A stretch of DNA of 64,000 bases from an uncultured Acetobacteraceae bacterium (GTDB lineage Bacteria; Pseudomonadota; Alphaproteobacteria; Acetobacterales; Acetobacteraceae), in NCBI GenBank assembly GCA_964249735.1, contig CAXUDP010000002.1, positions 1,052-65,051 on the forward strand. The letters are read 5' to 3'. Below are positions 17,018 through 26,679 of this stretch, piece after piece. The translations under genes were made by a program, and so were the position numbers. The first letter of the stretch is position 1. Each line of letters starts with the position of its first letter. The notes below the pieces were generated by a model. That model searched no databases, had not been told where the DNA came from, and saw only the letters and a list, made by a program, of their open reading frames with translations.

Positions 17018-19557
17018 CGATCGCCCGGCCGCCCGGCTCCGTCAGGGTCGTCGGCCTCCTGCTGGCTGCGGCCCGGCGGCGGGCGGTGGGCCGGCGTTCC
17101 CGCGCCCGCGAGATCATCCGCAGCCAGACCAGGCGAACCGGCAACCGCCTGCTCGGCTTCGGCAGCCTTCTGAGCCTGGGGCTGGCGATCGGGCTTTCCG
17201 TCGTGTCGGGACTGCTGGTTCAGGACGCGGTGAAGGCAGGGCAGCGGACCGACGCCGAGCGGACCGGGCAGATCGTGGCAGAGCGGGGGTTCGTGGAACG
17301 GGTCCGTCATGCGCAGGGCGGCGCGTCGGACCGAGCTTCACCCGGAACCGGGACCGATTCATCCCTGTGCTCCATCTGCACCTGGGAAGGCGAGCGCCTC
17401 GCCAAGGAAACCGGCGGGGATGCGAACGAGATCGCCCAGCGCTTGCGCGCCGCGATGCTTGCCGGCCGGATCGACCGGTTCGTCGCGGAGGAGGACGCGG
17501 CGCCGGGGCTGGCAAGCCTTCAGCCGAAAGGGGCCGGAGCGCTGCTCGGCCTGATCGCGTTGGCCTGGTGGGCCGTCATGCTGGTCATGCAGGGCGAGGG
17601 GCTCGAACTCGACACCCAGCGGCGTCGGCATCCGATGTGGGAATGGGTGCTGAGCCATCCCGTCCGGCCGGCGGCGCTGTTCTGCGCCGAAATGCTGGCC
17701 CCGCTCGCCGCCAATCCCACCTTCTGGGGTGCGCCCTTGATGCCGGGCATCCTGTTCGGCTTCGTCTACGGCCCGACCTTCGGCCTGCTGGCCACCGTCG
17801 TGGTGGGCATCCCAGTGGCCGTGGCCGCCGCCTGCCTTTCCAAGGCGCTGGAGATCGCCGCCATGCTGCGGCTCCGCCCGCGCAGCCGTGGCGCCGTGTT
17901 TGGCCTTATGGGTTGGCTCGGCACCACCGCGGCGAGCCTAACCTTCATCGCCTGGCTGTTCATCGACCCGCTCGCGACCGCGATCGCCCGCCTGCTGGGC
18001 GTGGCAGCCCGACTGCCCTGGCCCTGGCTCGGATTGATGCTGGGCCGGCTGGGCGCCGGGCCGCCCTCCTTTCCCGCCGGAGCGCTCATCTGCTGCCTGA
18101 CGGCCGTCGCCGTCGCCGCATCGTCGGTGGCGCTCAGCGTATGGGCCGTGATGCGCGGCCTGGGTGGCGCATCCGACACCCTGGCGCCTGTCCGCCCCGC
18201 CAGCCGGCGCCGCACCCGCTTCGGCCGCAACCCGATGCACCGCAAGGAGTGGTTGTGGTTCGCCCGGGACCGCAGCGCCATCGTCCAGGCCGTCCTGGTG
18301 CCGCTGTCGCTGGCCGGGATGCAGCTGTTCAACATGCGCGGCCTGATCGCGGGTGCGGGCCAGGCATGGAACGCGATCTGTGGTGCTGCCATCCTGTTCG
18401 GCACCTACTTCCTGATCGTCCTCGGTCCGAAATCGCTCGCCTCCGAAGGGTCGGCGCTCTGGATCGCGATGACGTGGCCGCACGGGCTGGAAGCCCTGCT
18501 TCGCGCCAAGGCGCGGCTATGGACGATCGTGTCCTCCGGCTTCGTCGCCCTGCCGCTGTGCTACGCCGCCTACCGCTTCCCCGGCGACCTAGTCGGCGTG
18601 GTGCTGGTCGGTGTCGGCTGGATCGTGTTCGGCTACAGCATGGCGCTGAAGACGGTGACGCTGGTCACCGTGACCGGATCGTCCGGCGAGGCGGAGAAGG
18701 TTCCCACCAGCCGCCGCTGGGCGACCTATCTCGGAACGCTCACCTTCAGCATCGGCGTCCTGACCCGGCAATGGCCGATCGCGGCGTCCGGAGTCGTCTA
18801 CTCGGGCCTGGCCGGGGCGGCCATGTGGCAGAACTTCCGTGCCCGCCTCCCCTACCTGTTCGATCCCTGGTCGGAACGGCGGCCGGATCCGCCGACCCTG
18901 ATGCATGCCATGGTCGCCATCGCCGCCCTGGTCGATGGCGGAGCGGTGATCACCGGCACCATACAGGCCTTCGCCGGACCGGACTGGGCCATCGCGGCGC
19001 GCACCTCCGGCTATGCCGTGGCAGCCGCGGTTGTCGGCTTCGGCATGATGCGCTTCCTGAACAAACGGGGCCTGAGGGCGTCTACCCTGTGGAGGTGGCA
19101 CACGGTATCGCCGCAGCCCGGGATCGCCAGGCGCCGCCGCGTGTTCGTCTTTCTCGCCATCGGCGGTGCGGCCGGCGCGATGCTGGGCGGCTTGGCCCAC
19201 CTTTACCTGCTCAGCCTGCACGAGTTCGCCTGGGCGCGCGCGATCCTGGACCAGCCCGACCCGTCCGCCAGCTTGCCGCATCACCGCGAGTGGTCGTTCC
19301 TCCTTGCCGTGATCGTCGCCCCGCCCGCCGAGGAGTTCCTGTTCCGCGGGCTGCTGTACCGCGCCCTCGATTGGGAATGGGGCGGCTGGACCGCCATCGG
19401 CGGAAGTGCCGCGTTCTTTGCCATCTACCATCCCGTGCTGTCGTGGCTGCCCGTGGGGCTGCTCGGCATCGGCAACGCAGTGCTGTTCCGGAAGTCGGGC
19501 TATCTGGCCCCGGCCGTGCTGCTGCACATGGTCTACAACGCGGTGGTGCTTCTCTGA
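17014..19557 (+). CDS. 847-aa polytopic membrane protein: ABC-exporter-like permease region fused to a C-terminal CPBP (CAAX/Abi) intramembrane metalloprotease domain
   Basis: In-frame 3' portion of track ORF 16057..19557, starting at ATG 17014 (ATGA overlap with the ATPase stop). Arg-rich N-terminus, then many hydrophobic spans. The last about 100 aa carry all three CPBP motifs: EEFLFRG (19330-19350), FAIYH and HMVYN. Confidence 0.75.
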   Translation: MTIARPPGSVRVVGLLLAAARRRAVGRRSRAREIIRSQTRRTGNRLLGFGSLLSLGLAIGLSVVSGLLVQDAVKAGQRTDAERTGQIVAERGFVERVRHAQGGASDRASPGTGTDSSLCSICTWEGERLAKETGGDANEIAQRLRAAMLAGRIDRFVAEEDAAPGLASLQPKGAGALLGLIALAWWAVMLVMQGEGLELDTQRRRHPMWEWVLSHPVRPAALFCAEMLAPLAANPTFWGAPLMPGILFGFVYGPTFGLLATVVVGIPVAVAAACLSKALEIAAMLRLRPRSRGAVFGLMGWLGTTAASLTFIAWLFIDPLATAIARLLGVAARLPWPWLGLMLGRLGAGPPSFPAGALICCLTAVAVAASSVALSVWAVMRGLGGASDTLAPVRPASRRRTRFGRNPMHRKEWLWFARDRSAIVQAVLVPLSLAGMQLFNMRGLIAGAGQAWNAICGAAILFGTYFLIVLGPKSLASEGSALWIAMTWPHGLEALLRAKARLWTIVSSGFVALPLCYAAYRFPGDLVGVVLVGVGWIVFGYSMALKTVTLVTVTGSSGEAEKVPTSRRWATYLGTLTFSIGVLTRQWPIAASGVVYSGLAGAAMWQNFRARLPYLFDPWSERRPDPPTLMHAMVAIAALVDGGAVITGTIQAFAGPDWAIAARTSGYAVAAAVVGFGMMRFLNKRGLRASTLWRWHTVSPQPGIARRRRVFVFLAIGGAAGAMLGGLAHLYLLSLHEFAWARAILDQPDPSASLPHHREWSFLLAVIVAPPAEEFLFRGLLYRALDWEWGGWTAIGGSAAFFAIYHPVLSWLPVGLLGIGNAVLFRKSGYLAPAVLLHMVYNAVVLL

Positions 19558-19612
19558 CCAGCCGGCGACGGGTTGACCGTTGGTAGGCAAGGCTGGGCTC
19601 TGCCCAAACCCG

Positions 19613-19632
19613 CCAAAGGCCGGGGCCTTTGG
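19613..19632. terminator. GC-rich hairpin between convergent genes
   Basis: CCAAAGGCC-gg-GGCCTTTGG, a perfect 9-bp stem. It lies 56 nt after the CPBP-fusion stop and 90 nt after the stop of the - strand oxidoreductase. No U-tract. Confidence 0.45.
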
Positions 19633-19721
19633 AAACCGCTCCATCAGATAGGAGGATTCCCAGACGGAGCCTTGACCTTCGGTGGGTCAATCTCAAGGAA
19701 GCATGAGCCGATGCGATCGGA

Positions 19722-20663
19722 TCACGCTCCAGCGGTTGCGCCCGCGGGGAGGATGACGAGCTTGCCATGGGCGTGTACGCTCAGGCTGAGGTCGAGCGCC
19801 TCACGCCACTCCTCAAGGAGAAACGTACGCGCGATCGGCACGGTGAACCGGCCCTCGCCGGCAAGCTTCGCGAAGTCCCCGAGCACGTCGTAGCGCAGCC
19901 CGCTTGCGAAGCTGTTGCGTACCCCGAGCTCCTCCGCGGCGGGCCCGTGATTGCTTATCGTCAGCACGCGGCGCCCGTCGCCGCCGGCGATCCTGACGAG
20001 GTCAGGCAGTACGCCGCTGGTCGGGCCGGCGTCCAGGATCAGGTCCGGCGCGCCCGCGCCGATCCCGGGCACCCGCTCGACCATGTCGTTCCCATAGGAC
20101 GTGACGGCGGCGCCAAGCGCGCGAAGCCGCCCGGCGAAGGTGTCGCCTGCGGCGGCTGTCACCCGCGCCCCACGCATGAGCGCCATCTGCACGGCGGCAA
20201 AGCCGATGGTCGTTCCTGCACCGTACACGAAAAGCGTCTGCCCGGCCGCCACCGCCAGGATGTCGAGGCTCCGGCAGGCGGTCTCGACCGCCATTGGCAG
20301 CGCGGCCGCGTCGACAGGATCAAGGCCCTGCGGAACGGGCGTCCAGACGGCCAGGACGGCCTCGTCCGACGCGCCGGCACTCGGGAACCCCCTGAAGTCG
20401 GGCACGCCCAGCACGCGCTGTCCGACATGGACGTCCGTCACCCCCTCGCCGACCGCCGTCACCGTTCCGGACACGTCGAGGCCGACGCCACGAGGAAGGT
20501 CGCCAGGGAACAGCCCTCGGCACAGGGCCCAGTCCGCGGGATTGAGTCCGCACGCGTGCACCTGCACGCGTATCTGCCCGGCGCCTGGGCTCGGCACGGC
20601 GACCTCCTCCAGGCGCAGCACGTCCGCCGGCTCGCCATACTCGTGGAAACGGAGCGTCTTCAT
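19722..20663 (-). CDS. Zinc-type/MDR NADPH:quinone oxidoreductase family protein
   Basis: From MKTLRFHEYGEPADVLRLEEVAVPSPGAGQIRVQVHACGLNPADW. Rossmann region TLFVYGAGTTIGFAAVQMA. Typical medium-chain dehydrogenase/reductase layout, divergent from a TetR gene. Confidence 0.85.
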   Translation of the reverse strand: MKTLRFHEYGEPADVLRLEEVAVPSPGAGQIRVQVHACGLNPADWALCRGLFPGDLPRGVGLDVSGTVTAVGEGVTDVHVGQRVLGVPDFRGFPSAGASDEAVLAVWTPVPQGLDPVDAAALPMAVETACRSLDILAVAAGQTLFVYGAGTTIGFAAVQMALMRGARVTAAAGDTFAGRLRALGAAVTSYGNDMVERVPGIGAGAPDLILDAGPTSGVLPDLVRIAGGDGRRVLTISNHGPAAEELGVRNSFASGLRYDVLGDFAKLAGEGRFTVPIARTFLLEEWREALDLSLSVHAHGKLVILPAGATAGA

Positions 20664-20684
20664 GGGCTCTGGATCTCCCGTTGC

Positions 20685-20723
20685 GTCAGTAACTGACATA
20701 TGCGCGTAGAGACAGTGACTGAC
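20685..20723. promoter_or_regulatory. Two related palindromes in the TetR/oxidoreductase divergent intergenic region (candidate TetR operators)
   Basis: GTCAGTaACTGAC (20685-20697) and GACAGTgACTGAC (20711-20723), 26 bp centre to centre. They lie inside the 80-bp gap between the divergent starts at 20663 and 20744. Confidence 0.45.
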
Positions 20724-20743
20724 AACCGTTGTAAGGTCGGTCC

Positions 20744-21331
20744 ATGCCACGCAGCGGGGAGGACGCACGCCGCCGCCTGCAGCAGGCAACCCTGGAGCTG
20801 TTCCGCGAGCGCGGCTACGACGCGACGACGACGGCCGAGATCGCCATCAGGGCAGGCGTTACGGAGCGCACCTTCTTCCGGCACTTCCCGGACAAGCGGG
20901 AACCGCTGTTCGACGGAGAGGAAGCGTTTCGTGACGCCCTGACCGACGCGGTTGCCGGGGCGCCCGAGGGGCTGGCCCCGATGGACGCCCTGCTCTGCGC
21001 GTTCCGCTCCGTCGGGCCGATGCTTGAACGCAACCGTCCCTTCTCGGAGGTCCGGCAGGAAATCATCGCCCGCACCCCGGCGCTGCAGGAGCGGGTGCTG
21101 ACGAAGACGGCGAGCCTGGTCGGCGCCTTGTCCGCGGCTCTAGGCCGCCGGGGCTTTGATGATGGCCTCGCGACCCTCGCGGCTCAGGTCGGCATGGCTG
21201 CCCTCGGCCACGCCGCGAAGGCCTGGTTTGAGGATCCGGGGCCGGGCCTGGATGCGCAGCTGGGAAGCGCCTTCGAGACGCTGCGTCGGCTCTCGCCGAC
21301 CGTCCGTGAACCCGACCTGGACGTCGGCTGA
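20744..21331 (+). CDS. TetR/AcrR family transcriptional regulator
   Basis: N-terminal HTH RRRLQQATLELFRERGYDATTTAEIAIRAGVTERTFFRHFPDKRE, followed by a helical ligand-binding domain. 195 aa. Confidence 0.88.
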   Translation: MPRSGEDARRRLQQATLELFRERGYDATTTAEIAIRAGVTERTFFRHFPDKREPLFDGEEAFRDALTDAVAGAPEGLAPMDALLCAFRSVGPMLERNRPFSEVRQEIIARTPALQERVLTKTASLVGALSAALGRRGFDDGLATLAAQVGMAALGHAAKAWFEDPGPGLDAQLGSAFETLRRLSPTVREPDLDVG

Positions 21332-21368
21332 CCGATGCCGGCCGCAGTTCATCCGGCACGTCGACCGG

Positions 21369-22295
21369 TCAGTCGAGGTTGTCCAGCCCGATCGCGCGCA
21401 GCCGGGCTCCCTCCTCGTCCCAGCCGGCGCGTTCCTTGACGTTGAGAAACAGGTGGCAGGGCCGCTCCAGCAGCGCCGACAGTCCGTGACGTGCCTTCTG
21501 GCCGATCTCCTTGATCCGGCTGCCGTTCTCGCCGATCAGGATCGCCTTGTGGCCGGCGCGCGACACGTAGACCGTGGCCTCGATCCGCACCGAGCCGTCC
21601 GGGCGCTCCTGGAAGCTCTCGGTCTCCACGGTGCAGGAGTAGGGGATCTCCTCCTGGGTCTGCAGGAAGATCTGCTCGCGCACCAGCTCGGCCGCCAGCA
21701 GCCGGTCCGGCAGGTCGGTCAGGTCGTCCTCCGGATACAGGAACGGGCCCTCCGGCAGCGCCAGCGCCAGCGCGTCGAGCAGATCGTCGAGCCCGTCGCC
21801 CTTGCGGGCGCTCACCATGTAGACGTGCTCAAAGGGGATCAGCTCGGCCAGCGCCCCCGTCAGCGGCAGCAGCTGGCCGCGCTCCACCGCGTCGGTCTTG
21901 TTCAGCACCAGCCAGGTGCGACGGCGGGTGGTGCGCAATCGGTCAGCGATCGCGCGCACGCCGTCGGTCAGGCCCTTCTGGCTGTCCACCAGCAGCAGCG
22001 TGATGTCGGCATCCTCGGCCCCGGTCCAGGCGGCGGCGACCATAGCGCGGTCGAGCTTGCGCTTGGGCTTGAAGATGCCGGGAGTGTCGACCAGCAGGAG
22101 CTGGCTCGACGTGCCCGCGACCTTGCGCATCAGGATGCCGAGCACGCGGAACCGGGTGGTCTGCGCCTTGGGGCTGACGATCGACAGCTTGGCGCCGGTG
22201 AGCCGGTTGAGCAGGGTCGACTTGCCGGCGTTGGGCGCGCCGACGATGGCGACGAAGCCGCAGCGCTCGGGCGCCGGGGCAGGATCTGCGGTCAT
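21369..22295 (-). CDS. era: GTPase Era
   Basis: From MTADPAPAPERCGFVAIVGAPNAGKSTLLN (G1). Also DTPG (G3), NKTD (G4) and a C-terminal KH domain (GHKAILIGENGSRIKEIG). The ATG overlaps the rnc stop (ATGA). Confidence 0.92.
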   Translation of the reverse strand: MTADPAPAPERCGFVAIVGAPNAGKSTLLNRLTGAKLSIVSPKAQTTRFRVLGILMRKVAGTSSQLLLVDTPGIFKPKRKLDRAMVAAAWTGAEDADITLLLVDSQKGLTDGVRAIADRLRTTRRRTWLVLNKTDAVERGQLLPLTGALAELIPFEHVYMVSARKGDGLDDLLDALALALPEGPFLYPEDDLTDLPDRLLAAELVREQIFLQTQEEIPYSCTVETESFQERPDGSVRIEATVYVSRAGHKAILIGENGSRIKEIGQKARHGLSALLERPCHLFLNVKERAGWDEEGARLRAIGLDNLD

Positions 22296-23095
22296 GCAAG
22301 TTGTCCCAGCAGGTCGGACGCGGCCAGGCTTTCGGCGATCCGCTTGGTGCCCGCCTCCCCGGTCGCCGAGCGGCCGGCCGCTTCCGCGCGGATGGTGAAG
22401 CGCGGCGCGTGCGAGGGACCCTCGGCCGCCTCCAGCACGTACACCGGAAGCGGCAGGCCGCGCGCCAGCAGCCATTCCTGCAGCGCGGTCTTGGCATCCT
22501 TGGGAGGCAGGGTCTGGCCGGTGATGACCCCGCTCCAGGCGGAGCGAACGAACGCCCGCGCCGGGTCCAGGCCGCCGTCGAGGAAGGTGGCGCCCAGCAC
22601 CGCCTCGACGCTGTCGGCCAGCACGTTGGCGGCGTCGCGTATGCCGGCGCGGTCCTCGTGCGGCGCCACGTCGAGCGCCTCGCGGAAGCCGAGCTCGGCG
22701 GCGATCTGCGCCAGCACCGGACGCGACACCAGCTGCGCCAGGCGCGGCCCGAGATGGCCTTCCTGCTCGTCCGGATAGCGCTCGATCAGCCATTCCGCCA
22801 TCAGCAGCCCCAGCACGCGGTCACCGATGAACTCTAACCGCTCGTTGGAGCCCTGCCCTTTCCGTGAGGCCCGGCGCTTGTTCCGTCCCCCTGCCGCGCC
22901 GCCGCGGGCCTCGTGCGCCGCCGAGCGATGGGTCAGGGCTTCGCGCAGCAGCGCGACCTTGCGGAACCGCCAGCCGATGGTGCGCTCGATCCCGGCGAGC
23001 GCCTCGACCGGCAGCCCCTGCTCGGCCGTGCTCAACGCACCCAATGGAACAGCCGGCTCCAGCGGATCTCGACCGGCCACTCCCAGAACTCCCAA
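22292..23095 (-). CDS. rnc: Ribonuclease III
   Basis: RNase III signature NERLEFIGDRVLGL plus a C-terminal dsRBD (AKTALQEWLLARGLPLPVY..). The track start at 23095 would overlap lepB by 64 nt. A TTG at complement 23033-23035, overlapping the lepB stop, is an alternative start. Confidence 0.86.
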   Translation of the reverse strand: MGVLGVAGRDPLEPAVPLGALSTAEQGLPVEALAGIERTIGWRFRKVALLREALTHRSAAHEARGGAAGGRNKRRASRKGQGSNERLEFIGDRVLGLLMAEWLIERYPDEQEGHLGPRLAQLVSRPVLAQIAAELGFREALDVAPHEDRAGIRDAANVLADSVEAVLGATFLDGGLDPARAFVRSAWSGVITGQTLPPKDAKTALQEWLLARGLPLPVYVLEAAEGPSHAPRFTIRAEAAGRSATGEAGTKRIAESLAASDLLGQLA

Positions 23096-23844
23096 ACGGG
23101 ATACCGGGCGTCGTAGGAGAAGAAGATCAGCTCCGCCTTGCCGACCAAGTTCTCCAGCGGCACGTAGCCGAGGTCGTCCATGAAGCGGCTGTCGGCGCTG
23201 TCGTCGCGGTTGTCGCCCATGGCGAAGAAGTAGCCCGGCGGCACCACGTATTCGGGGGTGTTGTTCTGCTGGCCCTCATCGGTCAGGCGCAGGATCCGGT
23301 GCCGCACGTCGGCGTGGCCGCCGCTGCCGGGCAGGGTTTCGGTGTAGAGCCGGCCGGCCAGCTCGCGCCGCTGCTCGTCCACCGCCACGTAGTCACCCTC
23401 GTCGCTGCGCGGAACCTGAACACCGTTCAGGAACAGCTGGCCTTCGCGCACCTGTATGTGGTCGCCGGGCAGGCCGACGATGCGCTTGATGTAGTCGATG
23501 GAGGTGTCGCGGGTGTAGCGGAACACGGCGACGTCGCCGCGATGTGGCAGGGAGTTCAGGATGCGGCCGGAGAACAGGTCCGGCGAGAACGGCAGCGAGA
23601 ACCGGGAGAACCCGTAGGATGGCTTGGACACGAACAGGTAGTCGCCGACCAGTAGGGTCGGGATCATCGAGCCGCTGGGGATGTTGAACGGCTCGAACGC
23701 GACCGTCCGCACCACGGCAGCGATCAGCAACGCATAGACGATCGTCCGCACGGTCTCGCCGAGCCCGGAGCGGCCAGCCTCGGCTCCACCGGCCTTGACG
23801 CCGACGGCCGGATGCACGGGAGGGGTGGTCTTGAACAGGCTCAT
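23032..23844 (-). CDS. lepB: Signal peptidase I
   Basis: From MSLFKTTPP. Catalytic boxes IPSGSMIPTLLVGDYLFV, RGDVAVF and GDNRDDSADSR. The longer track ORF start (23937) would overlap acpS. Confidence 0.88.
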   Translation of the reverse strand: MSLFKTTPPVHPAVGVKAGGAEAGRSGLGETVRTIVYALLIAAVVRTVAFEPFNIPSGSMIPTLLVGDYLFVSKPSYGFSRFSLPFSPDLFSGRILNSLPHRGDVAVFRYTRDTSIDYIKRIVGLPGDHIQVREGQLFLNGVQVPRSDEGDYVAVDEQRRELAGRLYTETLPGSGGHADVRHRILRLTDEGQQNNTPEYVVPPGYFFAMGDNRDDSADSRFMDDLGYVPLENLVGKAELIFFSYDARYPVWEFWEWPVEIRWSRLFHWVR

Positions 23845-23933
23845 GGCGGCTGCATGCGTCCGGGTGGAGGCCGGTTCCGAGCCGGACGGCCGGTCCGGAG
23901 GTGGCGGGATGAAGCCGACGCGGCCGGGCCGTG

Positions 23934-24350
23934 TCAAGCGAACGCCGGATCCGCGACCGCCTGGATCATCACCTCGGCAAAGGCGTAGGGCGGCTCGTCA
24001 GTCATGCTCAGGAGCAGGAGCGGCCGGTGACCGGGCGGCATCAATTGTTCGAGCCGGCGCAAGGCGCCGCCGGTCAGGTGCAGGGTCGGCTGTCCGGAGG
24101 GAAGGTTCACCACCCCCATGTCGCTGTGGAACACCCCCTGGCTGAAGCCGGTGCCGAGCGCCTTGGCGCAGGCCTCCTTGGCGGCCCAGCGCTTGGCGTA
24201 CGTCGCGGCGTGCAGCGCCTCGGTACGCCGTTCCGCCCGCGCCCGCTCGGCGTCGGTGAAGCAGCGACGGAGGAAGCGCTCCCCGTGCCGCGCGATCGCC
24301 TGCTCGATCCGCCGGATGTCGCACAGGTCCGAACCGAGGCCGATCACCAT
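23934..24350 (-). CDS. acpS: Holo-[acyl-carrier-protein] synthase
   Basis: 138 aa. [16 protein letters not shown]...FTDAERA...[14 protein letters not shown] is the typical AcpS 4'-phosphopantetheinyl transferase pattern. Confidence 0.88.
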   Translation of the reverse strand: MVIGLGSDLCDIRRIEQAIARHGERFLRRCFTDAERARAERRTEALHAATYAKRWAAKEACAKALGTGFSQGVFHSDMGVVNLPSGQPTLHLTGGALRRLEQLMPPGHRPLLLLSMTDEPPYAFAEVMIQAVADPAFA

Positions 24351-24361
24351 CGCCGTGTCCC

Positions 24362-26671
24362 TCAGGCCTTGGCGCGCTCGACCTGGGTGATCCCTCCTGC
24401 GGAGCGCAGGCCGGCGATCACCGAGGACAGGTGGCGCAGGTCGCGCACCTCGACGTCCACCAGGATCTCCATGAAGTCGAGCTGGCGGTTGACGATCTTG
24501 AGGTTGACCACGCTCCCGTCCTGCCTGGACACCGCGTTGGTCACCCCCGCCAGCACCGACGGCTCGTTGGCGGCGATTACGCTGATCCGGCCGACATGGG
24601 TTTCCGCCGCCTGGCCGCGCCCGACCCCGTCATAATCCCAGTCGATGTCCAGGAAGCGCTCCGGGGTGGCGGCGAAGCTTTCCAGGGTCTGGCAGCCGGC
24701 GGTGTGCACGGTGATGCCCTTGCCGTTGGCGACGATGCCGACGATGCGGTCGCCAGGCAGCGGGTGGCAGCAGCCGGCGAAGTGCTTGGCGACGCCCGAG
24801 CCGAGCCCGACCAGGGACAGGCCCCCGCCTCCGCCCCCACCGGCCCGTTCGGCGCGCAGGCTGCCGCGGCCGGGCAGGCTCGGCACCATGCGTGGGCCGC
24901 GGGCGGCGCGGCGCAGTTCGGGATAGGTCGCCTGCACCACCTCCTTGGGGCCGAGGTTGCCGTTGCCGACCGCAATGTAGAGGTCGGTCAGGCTGTTGCA
25001 CTTCAGCCCCTTGAGCGCTCCCTCCAGCACCTTCTCCGAGCCGTCGACCCCTTCCTGACGGAACGCCTTGGCGAGTGCCACGCGGCCGGCATCGAGATGG
25101 GTCTCGCGCGCCTGGGCGGCGACGTGGCGGCGGATCCGCGCCCGGGCCTTGCCGGTGACGACGAAGCGTTCCCAGGCTGGCGACGGGGTGCCGCCGCGGG
25201 CGGTCATGATCTCGACCTGGTCGCCGTTCTGCAGCTCGTGGCGCAGCGGCATCAGGCGGCCGTTAACCTTGGCGCCGACGCAGCTGTCGCCGATCTGGCT
25301 GTGCACGGCATAGGCGAAGTCGACCGGGGTGGCGCCGCGGGGCAGCGGGATCAGCTGCCCCTTCGGGCTGAAGCAGAATACCTGGTCCTGGTAGAGCTCG
25401 AGCTTGGTGTTCTCCATGAACTCGTCCGGGGCGGCCGAATTCTCCAGGATCTCCACCAGGTCCTGCACCCAGCGGGGCCGCCTCGCCGGCGCGGTGCCGC
25501 TGTCGCCCAGGCCCTTGTAGGACCAGTGCGCGGCGACGCCGTTCTCGGCCACGTCGTGCATCTCCGGGGTGCGTATCTGCACCTCGATCTTCTGGTTACG
25601 CGGGGAGCGCAGGGTCACGCCGGTGTGCAAGCTCTGGTAGCCGTTGGCCTTTGGCGTGGAGATGTAGTCCTTGAACCTGCCGGTGATGGTCGGATAGGCG
25701 CCGTGCACCGCACCCAGCGCCACGTAGCAGGTCTCGCGGGTCGGTACCATGACCCGGAACGCCATGATGTCGGACAGCTGCTCGAAGGCGACGTTGCGCT
25801 TCTGCATCTTCTCCCAGATGGAGAAAGGCGACTTCTCGCGTCCCGTGACCTCCGCCTGCGGCACGCCGGCATCGGCGCAAAGCCGGGCGAGCTCGCGTCG
25901 CACCTCCTCGATCACGTCGGCACCCTGCCCGCGCAGGTAGTTCAGCCGGGCGCGGATGGTGGCGTTGTGCTCCGGCTCCAGCTCGGCGAAAGACAGGTCC
26001 TGCAACTCGGTCTTGACCTTGTCCATGCCGATGCGCCCAGCCAGCGGCGCATAGATGTCCATGGTTTCCGACGCGATGCGCTGCCGGCGGTGCTCTTCCT
26101 GAACACAGTTCAGGGTGCGCATGTTGTGCAGCCGGTCCGCCAGCTTGACCACCAGCACGCGTATGTCGCGGCTCATCGCCAGCACCAGCTTGCGGAAGTT
26201 CTCCGCCTGCTTGGTGCGGTCCGACTGCAGCTCCAGCCGGGTCAGCTTGGTGACACCGTCCACCAGGGCAGCGACGGTCGGGCCGAACTGCGCCTCGAGC
26301 TGCGGCAGCTTCAGCCCGGTATCCTCAACCGTATCGTGCAACAGCCCGGTGCAGATGCTGGCGACGTCGAGCCGGAACCCGGCCAGCATGCCGGCGACCG
26401 CGAGCGGATGGATGATGTAGGGCTCGCCGTTGTCGCGCCGTTGGCCCTCGTGAGCCTGGCTGGCGACGGCGAAGGCTCGCTCGATCGCGGCGGTATCGGC
26501 GCCCGGATCGTAGGAGCGCACCCGCCGGACCAGGCCGGCGCAGGTGATCGCCCGGTCGGCAGCCGCCTCGGGCACGGGTGCCGATCCCGGCACCACGACC
26601 GGCCCGTCCGGCGCCCGGACGGCCGCGTGTCGGCCTGGAGCGCCGATCCTGTCGTCAGCTCCAGACCACAT
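24362..26671 (-). CDS. spoT: Bifunctional (p)ppGpp synthetase/hydrolase (RelA/SpoT homologue)
   Basis: 769 aa. HD hydrolase domain ([20 protein letters not shown]), synthetase domain ([25 protein letters not shown]), then TGS and ACT regions. Immediately downstream of rpoZ, as in many proteobacteria. Confidence 0.92.
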   Translation of the reverse strand: MWSGADDRIGAPGRHAAVRAPDGPVVVPGSAPVPEAAADRAITCAGLVRRVRSYDPGADTAAIERAFAVASQAHEGQRRDNGEPYIIHPLAVAGMLAGFRLDVASICTGLLHDTVEDTGLKLPQLEAQFGPTVAALVDGVTKLTRLELQSDRTKQAENFRKLVLAMSRDIRVLVVKLADRLHNMRTLNCVQEEHRRQRIASETMDIYAPLAGRIGMDKVKTELQDLSFAELEPEHNATIRARLNYLRGQGADVIEEVRRELARLCADAGVPQAEVTGREKSPFSIWEKMQKRNVAFEQLSDIMAFRVMVPTRETCYVALGAVHGAYPTITGRFKDYISTPKANGYQSLHTGVTLRSPRNQKIEVQIRTPEMHDVAENGVAAHWSYKGLGDSGTAPARRPRWVQDLVEILENSAAPDEFMENTKLELYQDQVFCFSPKGQLIPLPRGATPVDFAYAVHSQIGDSCVGAKVNGRLMPLRHELQNGDQVEIMTARGGTPSPAWERFVVTGKARARIRRHVAAQARETHLDAGRVALAKAFRQEGVDGSEKVLEGALKGLKCNSLTDLYIAVGNGNLGPKEVVQATYPELRRAARGPRMVPSLPGRGSLRAERAGGGGGGGLSLVGLGSGVAKHFAGCCHPLPGDRIVGIVANGKGITVHTAGCQTLESFAATPERFLDIDWDYDGVGRGQAAETHVGRISVIAANEPSVLAGVTNAVSRQDGSVVNLKIVNRQLDFMEILVDVEVRDLRHLSSVIAGLRSAGGITQVERAKA

Positions 26672-26679
26672 TCCCGCTC

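Noticed and set aside
16947-19586. 879-aa alternative-frame ORF over the CPBP-fusion gene
   Set aside because: The translation is Arg/Pro/Gly-rich with no hydrophobic spans. The other frame (17014..19557) gives coherent TM helices and ordered CPBP motifs.
23032-23095. 64-nt overlap between rnc (track start 23095) and lepB, considered as an unusual overlapping-gene arrangement
   Set aside because: It is more simply explained by a downstream TTG start for rnc that overlaps the lepB stop. The N-terminal 20 residues of the long form have no RNase III counterpart.
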